Positions 42,076-45,295 of a stretch of 45,295 nucleotides of DNA are shown piece after piece. Both the position numbers and the translations under genes were made by a program. Each line of letters opens with the position of its first letter. Position 1 is the stretch's first letter. Under the pieces are notes generated by a model. That model was not told the origin of the DNA. It worked only from the letters and a program-made list of their open reading frames with translations, and did no database searches. This DNA is from Firmicutes bacterium UBA1065 (GTDB lineage Bacteria > Bacillota > Clostridia > Tissierellales > Sedimentibacteraceae): the NCBI GenBank assembly GCA_002316225.1, contig DCDC01000049.1, forward strand, positions 1-45,295, read 5' to 3'.

Positions 42076-42125
42076 AAAATCACCTCAATGGAATTATTTC
42101 CAAATTGAGGCGTTTTATACTAAAT

Positions 42126-42182
42126 TGTGGACATTCCTTCTGACTTGCTTCACAGGCTTACCCCAAAGAAGGTGAGTCCCCC
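42126..42182. repeat. GGGGAC...GTCCCC repeat, degenerate copy C
   Basis: TGTGGACATTCCTTCT...GGCTTACCCCAAAGAAGGTGAGTCCCC. Confidence 0.6.
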
Positions 42183-42190
42183 TTCCAATT

Positions 42191-42259
42191 TGGGGACATT
42201 CATCCTGGGTCACCCCAAAGACTATCTTCAAAGGATGTGTGTCCCCATACCTCTTTACA
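42191..42259. repeat. GGGGAC...GTCCCC repeat, copy B
   Basis: TGGGGACATTCATCCT...AGGATGTGTGTCCCCATACCTCTTTACA. Confidence 0.7.
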
Positions 42260-42428
42260 CCCTATTTACCGCTTCTTCCAGCTTATCTAAATGCTTAATC
42301 GGGAAATAGGCCAAAAGCTCCTTAAACTGTTCTACCGTCAGTCCCCGGCTTGTGGTATATATCCTTATTTTTTCATCCAAATCTGCATTTATAAACTTCT
42401 CTTTGATTTCTTCAAAACTTTTATCCAT
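42255..42428 (-). CDS. Small hypothetical protein (57 aa)
   Basis: MDKSFEEIKEKFINADLDEKIRIYTTSRGLTVEQFKELLAYFPIKHLDKLEEAVNRV; RBS AAAGGGAAG; shorter than any ORF in the track. Confidence 0.7.
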   Translation of the reverse strand: MDKSFEEIKEKFINADLDEKIRIYTTSRGLTVEQFKELLAYFPIKHLDKLEEAVNRV

Positions 42429-42506
42429 GGTCTTCCCTTTCTTTAATTGATATCTTTTGCTTATTATTGCACAATAACATGAATCTATTATGGAAATAAA
42501 ATATAA

Positions 42507-42535
42507 TTGATTATTTCTCTTGAATATAGTAAAAT
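42507..42535 (+). promoter_or_regulatory. sigmaA promoter of leader-rsgA transcript
   Basis: TTGATT-17 nt-TAAAAT. Confidence 0.55.
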
Positions 42536-42587
42536 CCTTTCTATCAATACCTTTTTTGCTAATTTAATCCGAAGGGAGTGTTGTCTT

Positions 42588-42641
42588 ATGATTTATTATA
42601 ATAGAAAATTATATACACCAACGGAGGTAAACCTCCGGTAA
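42588..42641 (+). CDS. Putative 17-aa leader peptide MIYYNRKLYTPTEVNLR
   Basis: Strong RBS AAGGGAGTG 7 nt before ATG; stop 19 nt before rsgA TTG; overlaps hairpin CGGAGGT-AA-ACCTCCG. Confidence 0.5.
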   Translation: MIYYNRKLYTPTEVNLR

Positions 42642-42660
42642 TTATTATTAGGAGGACAAA

Positions 42661-43728
42661 TTGGAAAAAATCAATATGGAAGATTATGGGCTCAGTGACA
42701 GATTCCTTGCTGAGTCAAAAATGTACAATTTAAGTATCGGCAGAATCATTTCACAAGAAAAAGGCTCATATGGGCTGATAACGGAAAATGGTGAATTTAA
42801 GGCACAAGTTACTGGAAAATTAAGATACAAATCGGTGAATATATCAGATTATCCTGCGGTTGGTGATTTTGTCATGGTGGATGAAAATAAGGGCAATCCT
42901 GTAATACACCATGTATTAAGCCGGAAAAGCGCCTTTATCAGAAAGGCTGCAGGTACTTCAAACAAGGACCAGGTTGTTGCTGCAAACGTGGATACGGTGT
43001 TTATATGCATGTCCCTTAACAAGGACTTTAATTTAAGGCGACTTGAGCGATATATAGCAATCGGCTGGGACAGCGGAGCCCTTCCCGTTGTGGTTTTGAC
43101 AAAATCAGATCTTTGCAGCAATATAGATGAAATTTTGAATGAGCTAAGAGATGTTGCTTTAGAACTTGATATCTTGATCACATCAAGCAAGGCTGAAGAT
43201 TACGCCAGCTTAAAAAAATATATTAAGCCCGGAAGGACGGTAGCTTTCATCGGATCCTCAGGCGTGGGCAAAACCACCCTTATCAACAAGCTAATGGACC
43301 GGGATATTTTGGCCACGGGTGAAATAAGAAAAGATGACAGGGGCAGGCACACAACAAGCAAAAGAGAATTAATCCTCCTGCCGGAAGGAGGCATGGTTAT
43401 CGATACTCCGGGCATGAGGGAGATAGGTATAGAAAGCGCCGATTTTTCAAAGTCTTTCGCAGATATCGAGGACCTGGCCCTCTTATGCAGATTCAGTGAC
43501 TGCACCCACACCAAGGAACCCGGATGCGCAGTGAAAAAAGCTCTTGAAGACGGCATCTTGTCAGGAGACAGGCTTGAAAGCTATTTTAAACTCAAAAATG
43601 AAGCAGAATATGAAGGCTTGAATTCCAGGCAGATAGAAAAGCAAAAAATCTCCAGAATTTTCAAAGATGCGGGCGGTATGAAGAAAGCCCGAAAATACGT
43701 TAAAAATAAAAACAAGTATAATGAATAA
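42661..43728 (+). CDS. rsgA: Ribosome small subunit-dependent GTPase A family protein (long form)
   Basis: PAVGDF, TKSD, GSSGVGKTT, GRHTT, DTPG, Zn finger CRFSDCTHTKEPGC; TTG start with AGGAGG. Confidence 0.92.
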   Translation: MEKINMEDYGLSDRFLAESKMYNLSIGRIISQEKGSYGLITENGEFKAQVTGKLRYKSVNISDYPAVGDFVMVDENKGNPVIHHVLSRKSAFIRKAAGTSNKDQVVAANVDTVFICMSLNKDFNLRRLERYIAIGWDSGALPVVVLTKSDLCSNIDEILNELRDVALELDILITSSKAEDYASLKKYIKPGRTVAFIGSSGVGKTTLINKLMDRDILATGEIRKDDRGRHTTSKRELILLPEGGMVIDTPGMREIGIESADFSKSFADIEDLALLCRFSDCTHTKEPGCAVKKALEDGILSGDRLESYFKLKNEAEYEGLNSRQIEKQKISRIFKDAGGMKKARKYVKNKNKYNE

Positions 43729-43767
43729 AACCACGGATACGACCACGTAAACGTGGTTTTATTCATT
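43720..43767. terminator. Bidirectional terminator between convergent rsgA and radical SAM genes
   Basis: 16-bp IR AATGAATAAAACCACG / CGTGGTTTTATTCATT. Confidence 0.75.
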
Positions 43768-45117
43768 CATTAAAGCCTTGTATTTTTTTACCGCCTTTAT
43801 GGACCCCTTAAGTACCCTGTAAATATTTTTTAGCCCGTACTTTTTTATCATTTCCGTATTCTTGTTGATAAAAATATTTACATACAAATTTGTTTTCAAT
43901 AATTCCCCATAGTATTCCCTGAGGCTTATTTTTGAAGGTTTTATCATTACCTGGCCAAAGCTCCATTTTTCGTAATCCTCCATAGAGTACAAAAGCCTGT
44001 CTTCAAGTGTCCTGTACATGGGCAGGTTGGGAAAGGGGGTTAAGGGACTTATGGTGGTAATTTGAGGTTTAAGCTTTTTAATATACCTTCTTAGTGATTT
44101 AAAGTCTTTTTTATCCCAGTCGGGATGAGCCATAAAGGAAGCCCAGACATCAATCCCATATTTTCTTAAAATTTCGGCAGTCTTTATATTATCGTCTGCG
44201 GATGAGCTCTTATGATACTTTGAAAGTTCATCATCATTGAATGTTTCATAGCCAACAAGGAGGGCCTTAAGGCCGATTTCATGCAAGACCTTTAAATATT
44301 TTTCGTACTCAATAATGCCTTTGACCGACCCGTACATGATATAATTCTTTTTCAAGTTGAGGTCTTTTACAAGATTTATAAAAGTGTTAAGCTTTTCATC
44401 GCTGCACAAAAAGTCATTATCAATGAACATTATTGTGGGCTCTTTGATGTTTCTTAAGTCATTTTTGGTAAGGTCAAGATTTATAAGTTTTTCTTCTGCC
44501 CCTTCAATTCTCCACCTTAAGCAAAAATCGCATACCTTTTGGCACCCTGTCCCAAATTCCATGATTGCGGCCGGTTTATAGCCAAAATATGAATACTCCT
44601 CCCGGTATTTTTCCGTAGACCCCCTGTCAGGAAGCATGTATTCGTTTCTTCCCCTTAAACCTGTGGACTTATAGGCCAGAGCCCTTGACCTTATCCCATC
44701 AATGGGATGTATATCACCTTTATTTATGGAAGCAAAAAAATCTTTTAAGTTGTCTTTTGTGGTATATTCAAAAATATGGTCCACTCCTTCATCATAAAAA
44801 GCTTTCGGGTTCAAATAAGCCTGGGTTCCTCCCACAAGGGTTATTATTCTCGAGTCTGTCTCTTTGGCTTCCCTGCACAGGTCAAGGACCTTAACCACAT
44901 CGATGCAAAGGGATGTCATCCCGACAAGATGGGGCAAAAATTCCTTTATTTTGGCCCTTAAACTTTTTGTTTCAACCATCATATCGAAGATTTGAACTTC
45001 ATGGTCTTCTTTTAAGGCCCCATAAATTATTTCAAGACCCAAGGGCTCCGAAAACATGAAGTCGCTAAGGGTGATTGCCTGTTTGATCCTGGGCGGCCTA
45101 ACCAATAATATTCTCAT
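43759..45117 (-). CDS. B12-binding-domain radical SAM protein
   Basis: N-terminal EPLGLE...GMTS...VGG cobalamin-binding-like domain, CQKVCDFC, FIDNDF, LTPFP. Confidence 0.88.
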   Translation of the reverse strand: MRILLVRPPRIKQAITLSDFMFSEPLGLEIIYGALKEDHEVQIFDMMVETKSLRAKIKEFLPHLVGMTSLCIDVVKVLDLCREAKETDSRIITLVGGTQAYLNPKAFYDEGVDHIFEYTTKDNLKDFFASINKGDIHPIDGIRSRALAYKSTGLRGRNEYMLPDRGSTEKYREEYSYFGYKPAAIMEFGTGCQKVCDFCLRWRIEGAEEKLINLDLTKNDLRNIKEPTIMFIDNDFLCSDEKLNTFINLVKDLNLKKNYIMYGSVKGIIEYEKYLKVLHEIGLKALLVGYETFNDDELSKYHKSSSADDNIKTAEILRKYGIDVWASFMAHPDWDKKDFKSLRRYIKKLKPQITTISPLTPFPNLPMYRTLEDRLLYSMEDYEKWSFGQVMIKPSKISLREYYGELLKTNLYVNIFINKNTEMIKKYGLKNIYRVLKGSIKAVKKYKALMNE

Positions 45118-45264
45118 TTTGACTCCTTAACTAATACGAAATATCGCGAAAAATAAATGTTCGCTTTATATTTTTAATATTTTTCTTATGTACTAGCATT
45201 GCGGTTATTATTATAGGTAAACTGCAATAAACCGTGAGCGGTTATTTTTATTATTAATTCCCTT

Positions 45265-45295
45265 TGTCATCCTGAGGGCTTCAGCCCGAAGGATC
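45265..45295. repeat. REP/MITE-like element arm, truncated at window end
   Basis: TGTCATCCTGAGGGCTTCAGCCCGAAGGATC is 30/31 identical to the reverse complement of 37555-37585. Confidence 0.85.

Noticed and set aside
45147-45163. LexA (Cheo) box upstream of radical SAM gene
   Set aside because: Half-site spacing does not fit GAAC-N4-GTTC.

Overview
Low-GC Firmicutes chromosome segment of an anaerobic amino-acid fermenter (Clostridia/Tissierellia-like; taxon is inference only). Nearly all genes are on the minus strand. In window order: lower glycolysis/gluconeogenesis (eno partial, gpmI, tpiA, pgk, gap; no cggR) and rpoN. Next is a glycine reductase operon (grdX-E-B-trxB-trxA-grdA-C-D) with two UGA-selenocysteine genes split in the ORF track and a tandem glycine riboswitch. 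Then a Na/Pi symporter, trmL, nth, DUF503, queG and ilvE; a sigma54/BkdR-like ptb-buk-ATPase-2-oxoacid:ferredoxin oxidoreductase operon; capA-like/cdaA/cdaR; a YgiQ radical SAM; a two-component system with a Gld-like ABC transporter; pduL, a nitroreductase, a membrane Mrr-like protein, a small unlisted ORF, rsgA and a B12 radical SAM. Most notable non-routine signals: (i) two dif-like 28-bp sites in direct orientation bracketing the ~7.1-kb TCS-ABC cassette; (ii) a 17-aa leader ORF with competing SD/anti-SD hairpins upstream of rsgA; (iii) at least two families of REP-like structured intergenic repeats; (iv) a GAPDH with an NADP-type signature. No CRISPR array, rRNA, tRNA, transposase or integrase was seen.
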